Positions 13,694 to 27,288 of a stretch of DNA of 64,000 bases are shown here, in pieces; position 1 is the stretch's first letter, and each line of letters starts with the position of its first letter. The DNA lies in the NCBI RefSeq assembly GCF_009914755.1, contig NC_060931.1. The stretch is one strand, 5' to 3'. A program made the translations under genes and the position numbers. Source of the DNA: the human T2T-CHM13v2.0 reference genome, Homo sapiens. The notes under the pieces are model-generated. The model was not told where the DNA came from, searched no databases, and worked only from the letters and a program-made list of their open reading frames with translations.

Positions 13694-16159
13694 AACTCAT
13701 TCATGAAACAAACATTTTTTGAGGCATGGTTATTAGCAAAAACATTCCAAATAACGAAAGAGTGGAGGATGGATAAATGAACCTGCTGTTGGTTTCTCCC
13801 TTTGTTCTAAATAATAGATGTAGACATATTTTAATAATAGCGATTAGATGAAAGTCTGCATTATATAGTTTAAATTACTTTAAAATCTCTGATGGAACTT
13901 AAAACAAGAGAACAAGTAACAGGAACTTGAGAGTTAGAAAAATATTTTTTAAACTTTAGGCAGAAATAAAGCCCAAAATTTTAGTATATTTCCTGCCAGA
14001 TTATTTTATATCCTAGAGATACCATTAAGAAATGAAATAGAAACAAAAAGCTGTTGTAATGTAGAAACAGTTACCACAATTCAGTAAATACATAAGTAGG
14101 ACTTAATTTTTTTAGTTCCTAAAGTATGTTCTTATTCATACTATATATGACTTTAGCAGACTTATTTACTTATTTATTTACTTTGAAGGAGGGAGTGGTG
14201 GTGTTTGGGTATATAAATAAATGTTAGCTGATGACAAAGCAACTCTTTTAATTTATGAATAAAAACTGCTAGGCATTAAAAGTTATTTCCTGAATTATCT
14301 ATTTCCCAAGGTTTAAATCTTTAACTTAATACTCAATATGTAAGTTTTCATCCTGTGAAAAAAAAAATTACTAAGTGTAACAGAATTTCTATATTTCACT
14401 CTCTTCTGTCAAGAAAAATTTCTTTTAAAAGACTAATTATTTATAGTTGAAATAAGACTGATTAGTGTTGCTTGTTCCAATGACTAATTAATGAGGAAAT
14501 GGCATGTCCTTACCCTTTGATTTCTTGCTGATTAATAAATCAATAAAGTATTACTGGAAGGAAAAAAAAAGCACAGAACCACACTCATATAATGAGATAA
14601 TGGTTGCCCTTTTTCACTTTCTGAAAACTCATAGTCTGAAAAAAAAAAAAGTCCACATCATAAATGAAATTAGCTGGGCCCATTGCCAGACTTTTGAAGG
14701 AGGACTAGAATTGATGGCTCATGAAGATTAAATTATTTATTCACTCCTGGAACATGAAACACCAGGACAGAGTTGGGACACAGCCATTATGGTCGCAGCT
14801 TGTCATTGCCCTTGCTGCTGTGGGTTTCATTTCTTAATATACAGGAATTTCAAACTTCAGGTTTGTTATTATAGGTCAGTTCTTGAGATGGGCCTCAATC
14901 TAGTCCACATCTTCATGACACATCCAAGATAAAAATAACTGCTAAGATTTTTGGTGTTTCCCAGTCTGAGTTTCTAAAGACATCACAGAGTAATAAAAAA
15001 AAAAGTAACCTATATAATGTAGGCAGGCATTAGCCACCTTTGAGCCTTTTATGCTGTGTGGATATAACAGCTCCAAAGTGAGGAATTAGGGGCTTCATTG
15101 TAAACCCCTAAAACTTGAGCTCCTTTGATGCCTCTTTCTGTAGGTGATGCTGTCGCCATTTAAATACCTGGAAATGAGCCATATGAGGTGCAGAGCTAAT
15201 CTTAAAATCCAAGTAGAAAAGACTTCAGCCTTCCATTGGCCCTCAAGAAGTCACAGTCAGAACCGGTTTGAGAGACAGGTAGGCTACCTCACTTACAACC
15301 CTACGAGTAGGCTGTCTCCCTAGCCACAGGATTCTCTGGGTCTCTTATGGGCACTGCATGCAAAACTTCCTTCACCTTGGATCTCTTAACTTTAGCCTCC
15401 TGAATCATCCTGTTCTTATGCAACATCAGCTATCATTTTGAACTCAACTAGTCCATTGCCTGAAGCATAAGAGTCCTAAAGTGTCAAGGCCAGTTGAGGC
15501 CTCACCCAGCTTTGTGATTTTAAGGCTGCACTTTTATAGATGCCACTGAAATATTCTTTAGATTTCATGAAATTTTGAGTTCACAAGACTAATATTTATA
15601 CCTTAAAGAAGAATGCTTATAGATGATCTGGCTTTATTGCTGCAGACAGAATAAATTAGACATTTTTTACAAAAGTCAAATGTAAAAGTATAGTATCTAG
15701 GATTTTTGTGCTAGTACTTAAAATAAAGGAAATGTTTGAAATAAAGGGAAATTTATCCAAAATATAATTATGTAATCAATCAATTAATTCAAACTGATTT
15801 TAGTAAAACTTCCATCTATAGAACAGCTTTCTTTTAATGAATAAAATCATTAATGAAGGCATATTGTAAACATAAATATATGGACAGAATAGTCCAGAAA
15901 ATACAGAATTTGGATGCGTTGCGTGAGTTGTCGAGGTGAAGAATAAAGCATCTTGGACAACAGGTTGAGCATTTCAACAAGAAGAAAACTTACTGTACAG
16001 GGCCTGGCTGCTGTGTGCTCCCCTAGATGCCTGAAGGTTCTGTCTCAAATATACCATTCCCACCTCCTCCCTTCTCCCCCAGATTAAATCTGTTAGTGTT
16101 TTGAAATACCCAAACTTTTCATGTTTTTAATAGACATTTTGAGTAACTCTGGACAAAAA

Positions 16160-16370
16160 GGCATTGCTAGATTATGATGAATATATGCACTCTGGAGTTA
16201 CTATATCTGAATTCAAAAGGTGCCCTGAAATTTGCTCATTCTGCAGCCTTTGTTTGGTTACCTAAACTCTTTAAACCTCAGTGCTACCATATGTGAAGTG
16301 AAGATGATTGTCTTCCTATTAAGACTGTGTGGGACTTGAGTGATGTAGTACACAAAAGCACTTAATACAT
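16160..16370 (+). mobile_element. MIR SINE
   Basis: CTCTGGAG...GAATTCAAA (B-box remnant), core TTACCTAAACTCTTTAAACCTCAGT..ATATGTGAAGTGAAGATGAT, tail AAAGCACTTA. Confidence 0.65.
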
Positions 16371-16419
16371 AAGATGACTTGGAAGAGAAGAGATACTAAA
16401 ATGGTGTATTTTAATTTTT

Positions 16420-16637
16420 CTCCGCCTCCCGGGTTCAAGTGATTCTCCTGCCTCAGCTTCCTGAGCAGCTGGGACTACAGGCATGCACCACCATGCCCAA
16501 CTAATTTTTGTATTTTTAGTAGATACGGGGTTTCACAATATGGACCAGGCTGGTTTCAAACCCCTGGCCTCAAGGGATCTGCCTGCCTTAGCCTCCCGAA
16601 GTGCTGGAATTACAGGTGTGAGCCGTTGTGCCTGGCC
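16420..16637 (-). mobile_element. Alu (AluS-like) lacking its 3' ~60 nt and A-tail
   Basis: Reverse-complement Alu from the head (...CCTGGCC at 16637) to GGGAGGCGGAG, then non-Alu sequence. Confidence 0.9.
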
Positions 16638-19600
16638 TGAGTATACTGTTAATATAGTTTTCCACCACCGGTTACCAGGCTATACCTATATCATAAATCA
16701 AGTAATCCTATAAATCTCTTATCAGAAAAATATAGCTATTATCCCCACTAACCATTGCAAGACTGACGGAATTCTAATATTTACCAGAGTACTTTGGTCT
16801 AATGGCAAGGGGGCCAAGTTCTCTGTTGCACTGTGAATGGGTTGTCGGGTAAGACAGACAAGACTACTTCATTTTTTTTTTTTTCGTGGTCACATGTGTC
16901 TAACCCTGGACGGTCATCTCATTTCCACACACTTTTGTTTTAAGGTAAGAGGCCTAAATAATTAAGAACCAATCAACTACCCTGAGATAAGATTTTGCCT
17001 CAATAGTGGAACATAACACCTGAAAGGAAAGTGAAATTGAATGTTGATTTTGGAGAAAAGAAAGAAGAATGAAAGCAAATTTTTATGTGTTGACTTAGAT
17101 AGAGGCCTTGCAAACATAAACACATTTAACCAGCAAACAACTCTAGGGCCCTTTGCACCAAACGATGCAAAATAAAAATGCATTAATTTCATTCCAAAAG
17201 CTGCATCCGTGCACTTTATGTAAGTTGCTTAAAGATTAGGAAATCAGTTACTGTGCATAAAGTTGACCTTCATTTCAGACATCTGAAAAAAATATAGTTT
17301 TAAGTTAGGATGATGATAATTTTCCTCCGGCAATTTCGAAAGAGGTGTAATTTTGTAGCTAAAGTCGAAATCTTGAAAGAAAAGTCTACCTTTCAAATAT
17401 GAATTCTTAATCATTACCTTGATGTAAAATCAATTACCATTACCAAGCAAAAATAAGTAAGTGCTCACTTTTTTGTGAAGGTGACATTATTCTTTTAATG
17501 CTGTATTTTTAATATTTTCCTTTTTGCTTTATAATGGGCCCACTTAGATGTATTTTTGTTTTCCTTAGTCCAAATTTTAGTAACAGTTTTGTGCTTTGGA
17601 TCCTGTCCTGATGGGTTTGTAATAATTTTTACAGAATTTTTAAAGAGATATTACCCTAAAATATTAGAGTTCCATATAGGTTCTTGACCACAAACTAGCA
17701 GAAATGTGAATAGGTATATTGGAATAGCTTGGCCACTTCAGAATTAGTGAGTCAAACATGAGGAAATACTATAAACTAGAGACAGCAGACCTAGAATTTA
17801 TATATTATTTATTCAACATTAACAGTATTATCAGTAAATATTCTAAAATTACAGTAATGCTATTAAGGAAAGAATTTTCTGTAGAGTATATAAAGACAAA
17901 TTCTATATTTTTTAAGTTTATTAATTAAGTATATTAAAATTTCTTATCACAGAATGACTATGAATAATAATAATTCATCCATAGATAGATACAGCTTTTC
18001 TGGTCTGTAGAAACTGCTAAAATCTTATCGGATTCATATACTGAAATTTTATATTTTGTCATGCTGTAATGCTCATTCAAAGATATTAAGATTCTGATAA
18101 GAAGTGTTTTCTAAAAGCAAAATAATATTTTTGAAAATCCAGGATATATAGTTTAATATACAGAGCTTCTTAAAAATACATCCAGATCGCAGAGTGTATT
18201 CAACTAATAGTGTGTGAAACAATTAATCACTGGGGGTCAGTTTTCTAATTTAAAGTGAGGTGGTTTGGCCTGAAGTACATTATTTTGAAGCCCCTACTAT
18301 GATTCTGTGAACTATTTGACTTACTAAATAAATGTGGATGGAAGACGTAGCATTCACCAATGGTCCAGGGGATGCTAAAAACAACAGAACCCTTGCTAGA
18401 TTGACCTAATTGGGAGTCTGGTGTGTCCCTGTTTTAAGATGGTGAGTTATCTAACAGGCACAGAACATTCAGCCCAGGTATGTACCCTACCTTTAATCAT
18501 CTGGACGTATAATGATTTTGAGCATTAGATTCCCAAAGTCATGAATCCTGTTGAAAGAGCACCAATGAAATTCCAAATTGACCAGAGTATTTTGCCATAA
18601 TATTATCAGGTTATTTTATGAGTAATTACATTTTATTATAGCAATTAAGACATCTAATTTTGCCAGTATGGAACAACTAAATATGAGTTTAAGTTTGAAT
18701 GATGAGAAGATTTCAACTTCATCAGGGTGATGAAAAGGTACATAGAATGGTCATGAAGTAGAATGAAATACAGTTAGAAAATACTGATCACTCCAGCATG
18801 TCTAGGGCATGGGGCCCTTATAGACACAAACAAAATGCTCTTCATAGGTGATGCTTGGTTTCTGTTCAGTACATTGTGTTCTTCCAGGTGACTAAAATTG
18901 ATTATTTGATGATGCCTGCTAATATCTCCCCCTTACTGGAGTTAACCTGAACATGAGATGCTGTGATTGCCAGGGCTGTCTTGTGCTTAACAGTGTTCCT
19001 CATTGATTCAGTCTGAAAGTCTAAAGTGCTCTCAACAGTGTAGCCCCTTATGCCATTGGACGGCTACTGTAGAAGTGTCCTTGGAAAACACTGAATTTTA
19101 TCAACGACTGGGGAGTAGTTGATTAATTTTTAACGTACTTGCTTCTATAAATCTAAGTTGCCATTTCCAGATTAATTTCATTTCAGCAGAGTTGTTTATG
19201 TGCATATAAAGGTATAATTTTTAAAAAGTGAAATTTCAATACATGTCCAATTCTGTTGGCAAACCTCAAAATTTAAAAGAAGCTTTCTTTATATTTTTAA
19301 ATTATGCTTCTATGGTAGCCATAAATCTCAGTGCACTTTTCTGAGTGGAAGCCTTGGCTATTGATCAACCTTTGGTCTTCTGCAGCTGAGTTAAATATCA
19401 TGGAAACATTAGTGTTGAAAACTAAATAGATGAAATTGTAAAACCTACTTTACTTAACTCAGTGACAGTAGTATTTGTCATTTATTTACATGACGACACT
19501 GAAAATCAATCAAATGTCAGATTCCTTTTAACTACTTTAACAGAATATGTGAGATTGTTGTATGTTGGGCAACTCAAGAAGTAATTTATTCAAACCCTAA

Positions 19601-20469
19601 TGCTGGAAAGTAAATAATATGACTAGAATGACTACTCTGGTTAGTAGAACACTTTTCATCAGAAAGTTGTGAGTTAAAAGATTTTAAGTAACCCAATGGG
19701 AACTAGATTCAAATATCCCAGTTCCCAAGCCATGTTCTCTAATTCAGATATAAATATTAGCAATAAGGATGAGTACCTCATAATCTTTGTGTTTCCGTCT
19801 GTAGAAATAGCTTAATGCCACCTGTCAACCAATGTCTGAATAAACTAAATTTGGTAAATAAGATGCCATCATTGTTTTTCCATGGAATTCAGAGGATTCG
19901 GTTACTGAAATCCATGGCATTAATTTTTCTGCCTAACAGCCTACACTCTATATTGATTTTTCATATAGATTAAATTTCCTTTTTAAATTTGCATTGACTC
20001 TTTAGGCTTCGGTTTCCTCATCTGAAAAGCTGGTAAAACAATAGTGCTAGGAAGAGGCTTCATTGTGAAGTCAACAAAGATTACACCTCAAGGCTACATT
20101 TGCAAGTGCCTACACAATATATGTGCATTGCTATATGTTGTTGTAAAATTTTTGAATAAGACATTAATGCATTCATTTTCTTAAAGAAGGACTCTCATAT
20201 TCTTTAAAACTCAGACCCCACAATACCCAGATCTACTTTTATACAAAATCCCTAAGGATGTGATAAGGACTAAATAAGATCATGTAAATGCTCTTTTTTT
20301 GCAAAGTATGTGCTTAAATATAAACTGTTGTCATTATGAAAGTCATTCAGTGTAGGGTTCTATACAGTTCAGGAGTCAAAATACTCACTTGATACAGTGA
20401 CTGTCATTGTATTTACCATTCAACATTGTTTACATTTACATACGTGGCTTTGTTATTTCCAGAAGGGAA

Positions 20470-20565
20470 AATCCACGTTCACCTTGTTTGCCTTTCAACC
20501 CCAGACACTAGGATGGTGCATGGCACACTGAAGACACTCAATAAATATTTATTTTATTAATGAAT
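20470..20565 (+). mobile_element. L2 3' end fragment
   Basis: CCCCAG..CTAGGATGGTGCATGGCACACTGAAGACACTCAATAAATATTT...ATGAAT, typical L2 terminus. Confidence 0.6.
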
Positions 20566-21925
20566 ATGAAATATGACTTAGCAGTACAGAATAATATTCA
20601 AATTGTGAAATAAAATACACTGAGGATCAACACTGTTATTTAAAAGATTCTGTTGATCCTAAATTTTACAATGAGTCATTAAATGTATTGCTCAGCTTTC
20701 ATAATCTTCAATCTATAATGGTTTATTTTTCAAAAAGGCTTTAATTTCCTTGGATTGTTGTAAAGTTCAGAGTTATTCCTTTAAGAAACAGGCTATATTG
20801 CATTGCAACAATAACCCCAGAAAAATAACATTAGTAGAAATAATATAATTAAATATTCATATAAGATAATTGACTTATCTGCTTTACTCAAATGGATTTT
20901 AATGATAATATTGGACTAACCCTATGTGACAGCATCTGCTGCTTTTATGCACTGTCCCCTTACCTCCCTCGGCCCCCTGCTTTGCCAATCCTTCCGAACA
21001 TACCCTGGAACATTTGGCTTAAAGTTTCAGAAAATCTGCTCCGTTTGATAATGTCAACTCATCACATTTCAGTTAAGCAGACATCAAATCAAATGACTCA
21101 TGTCACAGATACATAAATATTACGTACATGGAAAGGAAATTTTTAGCTATAAATGCATAAAATCTTCTGGTTTGTAAACCTGAACTACATTTTAAAATTT
21201 TGACAGTAAGAGGAAACTGATGTGAAACTAATACATAACTCTCAAATAATCCAATGGCCAACTGATTTGGAAGCTACTCATACAAAATAATATTTGCATT
21301 AAAAAATGTCCTTTCCTTAAAGTTACTATCTTAACAAATGTACAATCATAAATCTACTAAAGGTAAACATCATTTCTTATAAGAAGGATATATTGAACTG
21401 CATACACATCTTACTGTCTTCAAATTCCTTCAAAAATATAATTAACCCATCCACCTTATCAGGGTTAGCTCAAGGAAATTCGAAACCATCATAAGCTAAA
21501 AATCGTTATGTGATTGAACCTCATCACTAGATAAGTGATTCTGACAAAATTGCCATTTTATGGAATTGATCAGAAATGCCATTCCAAGAAAGAGGGTTCG
21601 CCTTATGAAAAACCATATATATTTTTATATCTATATTATCTTATATGAATAATATATATATATTTTTTTACTTGCCTTTGGAAAGAACTTTGTAAAATTT
21701 GTTAAACTTCCTGTATGGAATGAAGTACCTTATTACACATTTCTACTCTTGTTAAATAACTGGGGGAAATGTGTTATATCTAGGCCTCACTTTATAAATA
21801 TTTGTTGAACTTATTGAATTCAGACAAGGAAGGCCAGAGGGGTTTGTGTGAGCTGTTCTCTGCCGTCGGCTGATATCGCATTTGCTTTGATAAATAATAT
21901 TTTACCTTCCCATTTGGGTAATGCC

Positions 21926-22347
21926 TGCCTTAGGTTGAGTTCTTCTTAAAGCAGATTCTTAGATGAAGATTCATACAAGTGGTTTATTTGTGAATTGAAA
22001 GAAATACATGGGGTTATGGGGAAATGAGACAGGGAAGGGAGGCCAGTTGCTAAAGTCAAAACAGGTGCCTCTAAGCTAGCTGCCACGGGAAGGGAATGTA
22101 GATGAGTGTCCATATGTCAATGCCATTGGTCATTAGATGTTTTTGATGAGGACTGCTCCATGATGGTTCATTTCCTGGCTCTTGCAGGCTGTCATGAAGG
22201 TGGCAAATGAGTCTTCAGGGACAGGAGAGCACCCTCAGGAAAAGAAGCCAAGAAGCCAGGGGTTGGCTTTCTCTTGGAAGTTAGGCAGTGGTTGATGAGG
22301 TGATCAAGGTGGGAGATATGAGTGGAGAACAATCAGCGTCTGCCAGA
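21926..22347 (-). mobile_element. LTR16-family (ERVL) solo LTR
   Basis: Plus-strand TTAGGTTGAGTTC..AAGCAGA..AAGTGGTTTATTTG, GAAATGAGACAGGGAAGGGAGGCCA and GAGATATGAGTGGAGAACAATCAGCGTCTGC are the reverse complement of the LTR16 consensus. Confidence 0.7.
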
Positions 22348-23284
22348 ATGACAACCATTTTTCACATCTTCCTTAATATTTTAAAAAACAGATATATTCT
22401 AAGACTTTTCTTATAATGACTAGAGAGGGTTTTAAAAAGTGGTTTTATATTTGATGGAACCCTTGTTGGTGCTGCAGTTAAAGAGTTACTTCAAAATCCT
22501 GCCTCAGCACACCCTGTTCCTTTTTCTTTGCACTCCCCGAAGCCAATGTTTCAGAAGCAACTGCCGATCAGCAGAATTCATCTGTTTCTCCCACAGGGCT
22601 AATCCCTGACCGACCTGGAAGCCAAGCCAGGCTCTAACCTGGCAGACTCACTCTTCTCCTGCTCCTCTTTTACGTAATCCCATGCTTATTGATTCTCTAG
22701 AAAATCTGTTTTCCTTTTGCTCAAAGCAGAGTACAAAGCAAGAAACTGCCTCGCACTCTGGAGAAAACACATGAAATCACAAGCTATCCAGTGACTGTCA
22801 TTCCATAAAATAGCAGTTCTATTAAAGTGCATTATGTAAAAATGGGATTTGTACTAGAGTTGTTTTATAGGAGGTTGGTTTATATCATCACCTGTTTCAT
22901 TGAAAATTTGGTCGGTGATGAGTCATCCATAAAACTGGCAGAATAAAACTTCAGGAGTGGCTGTTGTAAAGTTCTTCTAAGGCTCATAAAACCGGGTTAT
23001 GCGCTTCCACAGTTTTGATATTGCTCAAACATTTTATCAAAAGAACGTGAATATCATCACTGCTACATTTTAATTTGATTTTTAGGAGCTTTCATTTTTA
23101 ACTTTCCTTCCATGACCCCTGATCTTTTATTTGAAAGTATGGGAACACTTGACCCATTGTTCCTCTTCACATTGGATCAGAGAATACAAAAGTTAAACTC
23201 TTACACACTGCTATAGATAAGAGAGAGTTTAAATGTTAGTTATAGAATAAGAACCTTAACGCTTTTGTGATTATATAAAAATAA

Positions 23285-23635
23285 AAGCTAGCATTTGCTG
23301 AACATATGTACTGTTTCAAACATTACATTGACTTATGACTCACTGTTTACGTTCATTGCATCACATACTCTTTATGACAATCCTGTGAAATAGTTGCTCT
23401 TTTCTTAACTTTTATTTCAGGATCGGGGTACACATGCAGGTTTGTTATACAGGTAAGTTGCATGTCACAGGGGTTTGGTATACAGATCATTTCATCACCT
23501 AGGTAATAAACATAGTACCCAATGGGTCACTTATTATTATCCACACGTATTAATACTTAGAAGAAACCTGAGGCGCAGGGAAATTAAATAACCATTTAAG
23601 GTAAGAGTCAGGAATCAAACCCTAGTTTCTCTACA
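23285..23635 (-). mobile_element. MIR interrupted by an L1 3' fragment
   Basis: GCTAGCATTTGCTGAACA...ACAATCCTGTGAAATAG | TTATTATCC...GAAACCTGAGGCGCAGGGAAATTAAATAAC. Confidence 0.55.
23399..23527 (-). mobile_element. Old L1PA/L1PB-type (L1PA13-16-like) extreme 3' end
   Basis: AACTTTTATTTCAGG.TCGGGGTACACATGCAGGTTTGTTATACAGGTAA.TTGCATGTCACAGGGGTTTGG.ATACAGAT.ATTTCATCACC. Confidence 0.8.
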
Positions 23636-23694
23636 CGAAAGTATGCTTTAAAAAACTCTACTGTGTTATGAAATAATATGTGCCCATGTGAAAG

Positions 23695-23900
23695 AAATAT
23701 ATAGACAAAATTAATCTAGGATGGAAAATATCACAGTGGTGGTTGCCTCTGGGTCGGGGGATTGAGACTGACCTGGAGGGAGCATGAGAGAACTTTCCAG
23801 GGTAATTGAAGCCTCCTATCTTAACCAGCACATAGTTATATATAGATTGTAAGAGTATATGCATTTGTCAAAACATATTCGGTGGTAACACTTAAGATCA
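23695..23900 (+). mobile_element. L1ME-type 3' fragment
   Basis: CAGTGGTGGTTGCCTCTGGG...GAGGGAGCATGAGAGAACTTTCCAGGGTAATTG...TATATGCATTTGTCAAAAC...CACTTAAGAT. Confidence 0.65.
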
Positions 23901-23905
23901 ATGTA

Positions 23906-24048
23906 ATGTTGTTCCCCTCTTAACTTATGGATACTAGGCTTAATATATGGGTGATGACATAATCTGTAAATAAACCTCTATAATACAGGTTTACCTATGT
24001 AACACACCTGCACGTATATCCCTGAACTTAAAATACATGTTTTTTAAA
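23906..24048 (+). mobile_element. Short L1PA/PB 3'-end insertion with 12-bp TSD
   Basis: GGGTGATGACATAATCTGTA..AAACC...TTTACCTATGTAACA.ACCTGCAC.TATATCCCTGAACTTAAAATA; AAGATCAATGTA duplicated at 23894-23905 and 24049-24060. Confidence 0.8.
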
Positions 24049-24261
24049 AAGATCAATGTATGGACCAAAGGCAAATTATACAGGCACACCTTCCCAGGTG
24101 TGCTATCCTCCCACCTCTGTTTTTAGTCATAGAATCTGAATGGAAGCAGCCACTGCCCTCATCCTGATCCCCAAACCACGTGAGAGTTCAAACGTTGTGC
24201 ACAAGACCCAGTCCAGCCAGTAAGAATCCTTACCAAGAACTTTTATTAAAACATTGCCATC

Positions 24262-24677
<416 letters not shown>

Positions 24678-24721
24678 CTACTTGCTGACAACCAAGTCCT
24701 CCACTTTTGGAGAAGGTAGTC

Positions 24722-24830
24722 TAACACTTCAAATGTGGCTAATTCAACTAATGAACTTTTATTTAATTTTAATTAATTTAAATTTAAATAGCCACACATG
24801 GCTAGTAGCTAACACACGGAATGGCAAAGC
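24722..24830 (+). mobile_element. MER3 (hAT-Charlie) 3' half
   Basis: CACTTCAAATGTGGCTA...TTTTATTTAATTTTAATTAATTTAAATTTAAATAGCCACACATGGCTAGTAGCTA. Confidence 0.75.
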
Positions 24831-24959
24831 TTTGGGAGAATGAGTCAGATATCCACAGGGTGTAAGACATAAGTAATAAGAAGAAAGAGCCCTGATGGAA
24901 CTGGATCTCTCTGGAAGGGCAGCTCCACCCCTGCCCTTCTTGTAATCTGGAGATGTAAG

Positions 24960-25318
24960 TGTATTAGTCCATTTTCACGCATTATAAAGACACTATCTGA
25001 GACTATATAATTTATAGAGGAAAGAGATTTAATGGACTCACAGGTCCACATGGTTGGGGAGGCCTCAGGAAACTTAACAATCATGGCAGAAGGCAAAAGA
25101 GACGCCAGGACCTTCTTCGCAGGGTGACAGGAAAGACAGAAAAGTTCAGGGGAAATTGCCATTTATAAGACCATCAGATCTCACGAGAAGTCACTCACTA
25201 TCATGAGAACAGCATGATCATAAATCACCTCCCACCAGGTCCCTCCCTCCACACGTGGAGATTATGGGGATTACAATTTGCGATGAGATTTGAGTGGAGA
25301 CATAGCCAAACCATATCA
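24960..25318 (-). mobile_element. THE1D-like MaLR solo LTR
   Basis: TGTATTAGTCC...AGCCAAACCATATCA; perfect 5-bp TSD GTAAG at 24955-24959 and 25319-25323. Confidence 0.92.
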
Positions 25319-25927
25319 GTAAGCTAATGAATACACATGCCTTCATCTCTGCAAATGATTCCCCTCCAGAATATTACCCTTTAAAGTTACGATTAATAAC
25401 ATAAAAATCTTTATAATGCTGTTTGTAAAAAGCATAAAATGCAAATGTGTGGGCTGAGGTAACACTTCACTATAACTAAGTTTCCATTTATCTAACAAAT
25501 AGTTAGTAGATAAACCCAAATGGCTAATTATTGTAAACTTTTCCATCTTCATAAAAATGGAAGATAATATAAATAGACGAACAGCACTAGCACCTTCAGG
25601 GCACCAAGAAGACAGGAGGCTGAGGCTTGGAAAGAACAATCTTCACAACTTTTTCTAGGATTGGTTGTGTTAATTTTCAAAAGTCTCAGGTAAATGAGAT
25701 GGGTCTGGAGCAATACCTTTGCATGATTTATGTGATTTTTTTTACACTTGAATTACTTCAAGGAGCTTTCCAAAGAATGTTTTAACATACTGTGACCAAT
25801 AATGTCAGAGCTGATGGCAGCATCTGTGATTATACTTTTGAATTCTGGCTGGTAGTGTCAGATTTGTAGACTGACATTATTATTTTTATAATAGAAGTTA
25901 TAAGAACACAACTCTAAAGATTATGGC

Positions 25928-26132
25928 TCATAGAATTTTAGAGGTGGAAGAGGCCCTTAGAGAACATCTAGTACAGCCCCTTAATTTTACAGATGAAGAA
26001 ACAAAAGCCCAGGAGAGGCAAACTGAGTTGCCGCAGGTGATGACACCTAATTACTGATCGAGCTGACACTAAATCCAGTTCTCCTAATCCCCAAAGCTTG
26101 CTGTCAGTGAGCCAATCCCAATACATCATACC
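25928..26132 (-). mobile_element. MIR3/MIRc
   Basis: TCATAGAATTTTAGAG.TGGAAG..GCCCTTAGAGA.CATCTAGT.CA.CCCC.TAATTTTACAGATGAAGAAAC. Confidence 0.75.
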
Positions 26133-27288
26133 ATTCTGACTTTTGCCTTTTCAAATGATGTCTTAATTACCGTTGATATATTTTATAATTTTGTAAGAGC
26201 TGACAAATTTGTCAGGACAAAATTTCATATAATGTGATATATTTTGTGACTTTGGCGTCAAGGAATGCTTGTATAAGATGTTTGCCCTTCATGAAAATCT
26301 TGAAGTATTGGGGAATGCAGGCTAAAAAAAAAATCACTAGTTTTCAATGAAATTTTCCAGCTAGGTCTAATATCAATGTATGCAAAATTATCTTAAAATT
26401 GTCTGTATTTGCCACCTATATCATCATTTACAGTATGATAGTTGCAGGAAGGACACAAGCTCAGATTTGGGTAGACCAGGTTCAAGTCAGCCACAGCAAC
26501 TTCTTAACTGTTCAGGCTTTGTTTGTTCTTGTGAAAAAGAGATTAAAATTGTACTAGTATAGAAAGCACCTGGTATTATAGTTTGTCCTATAGAGATAAT
26601 AAATATATAGTAAAACTTAATGAATTGGATTATACACTAGAACATTTTCACATTTGAACTAATAGTGTGATTGTTATGTAATAAATGTGGTTAATAAAAT
26701 ATTGATACAGTATAAAATATATAATATCTGATTAATACTAATATAATTCTGTTACACAAAAACTTTTAAAACGTTATGAATGAAAAAAATTAGTTATAAG
26801 CATTTGAGAAGATTTTGCCTGGGATTTGGAATTATTGGAAACCTAGTAGATCCATCTTCTTGCAGACCTAGAATAGAAACACTTTGGAACTGAAAAGAGA
26901 ACAAGAGATAAAATTTTGTTGCACTGCTTTCTGTTCACCTTCCTCCTGACCCTTCAAATATTTCATCCCACCCAGTCTGAGGCCTATGCCCAAAGTTTGA
27001 TTATACATTGTTATTAGATAATGTTTGTGCCTATCATCACTGAGAAGTACTTCCAGAGTCCAGAGTCGTCTTCACTTGCATTATACCACAGGTTGGTCCT
27101 TAATCCGTGTGAGAATGAATCTGCATGAGTTGAATCACTCCATTTCTGAATGGACCCTGCAGGTCCTCTTCCCACAACCATGAACAACTTTAGGATATTG
27201 TCACTTTTGTAACTTTTTTCTTTCTCACATCCTCACAATATCCTCCCTTTGTGTCCTTCCCAATAATGCTCACACATGATTCAATAAC

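Noticed and set aside
15853-15939. 28-codon ORF MKAYCKHKYMDRIVQKIQNLDALRELSR with a small CpG cluster
   Set aside because: Length expected by chance; no promoter, good acceptor or recognisable homology.
22580-22680. Strong acceptor TTTCTCCCACAG as a coding exon start
   Set aside because: Stops in all three frames and only a weak donor downstream.
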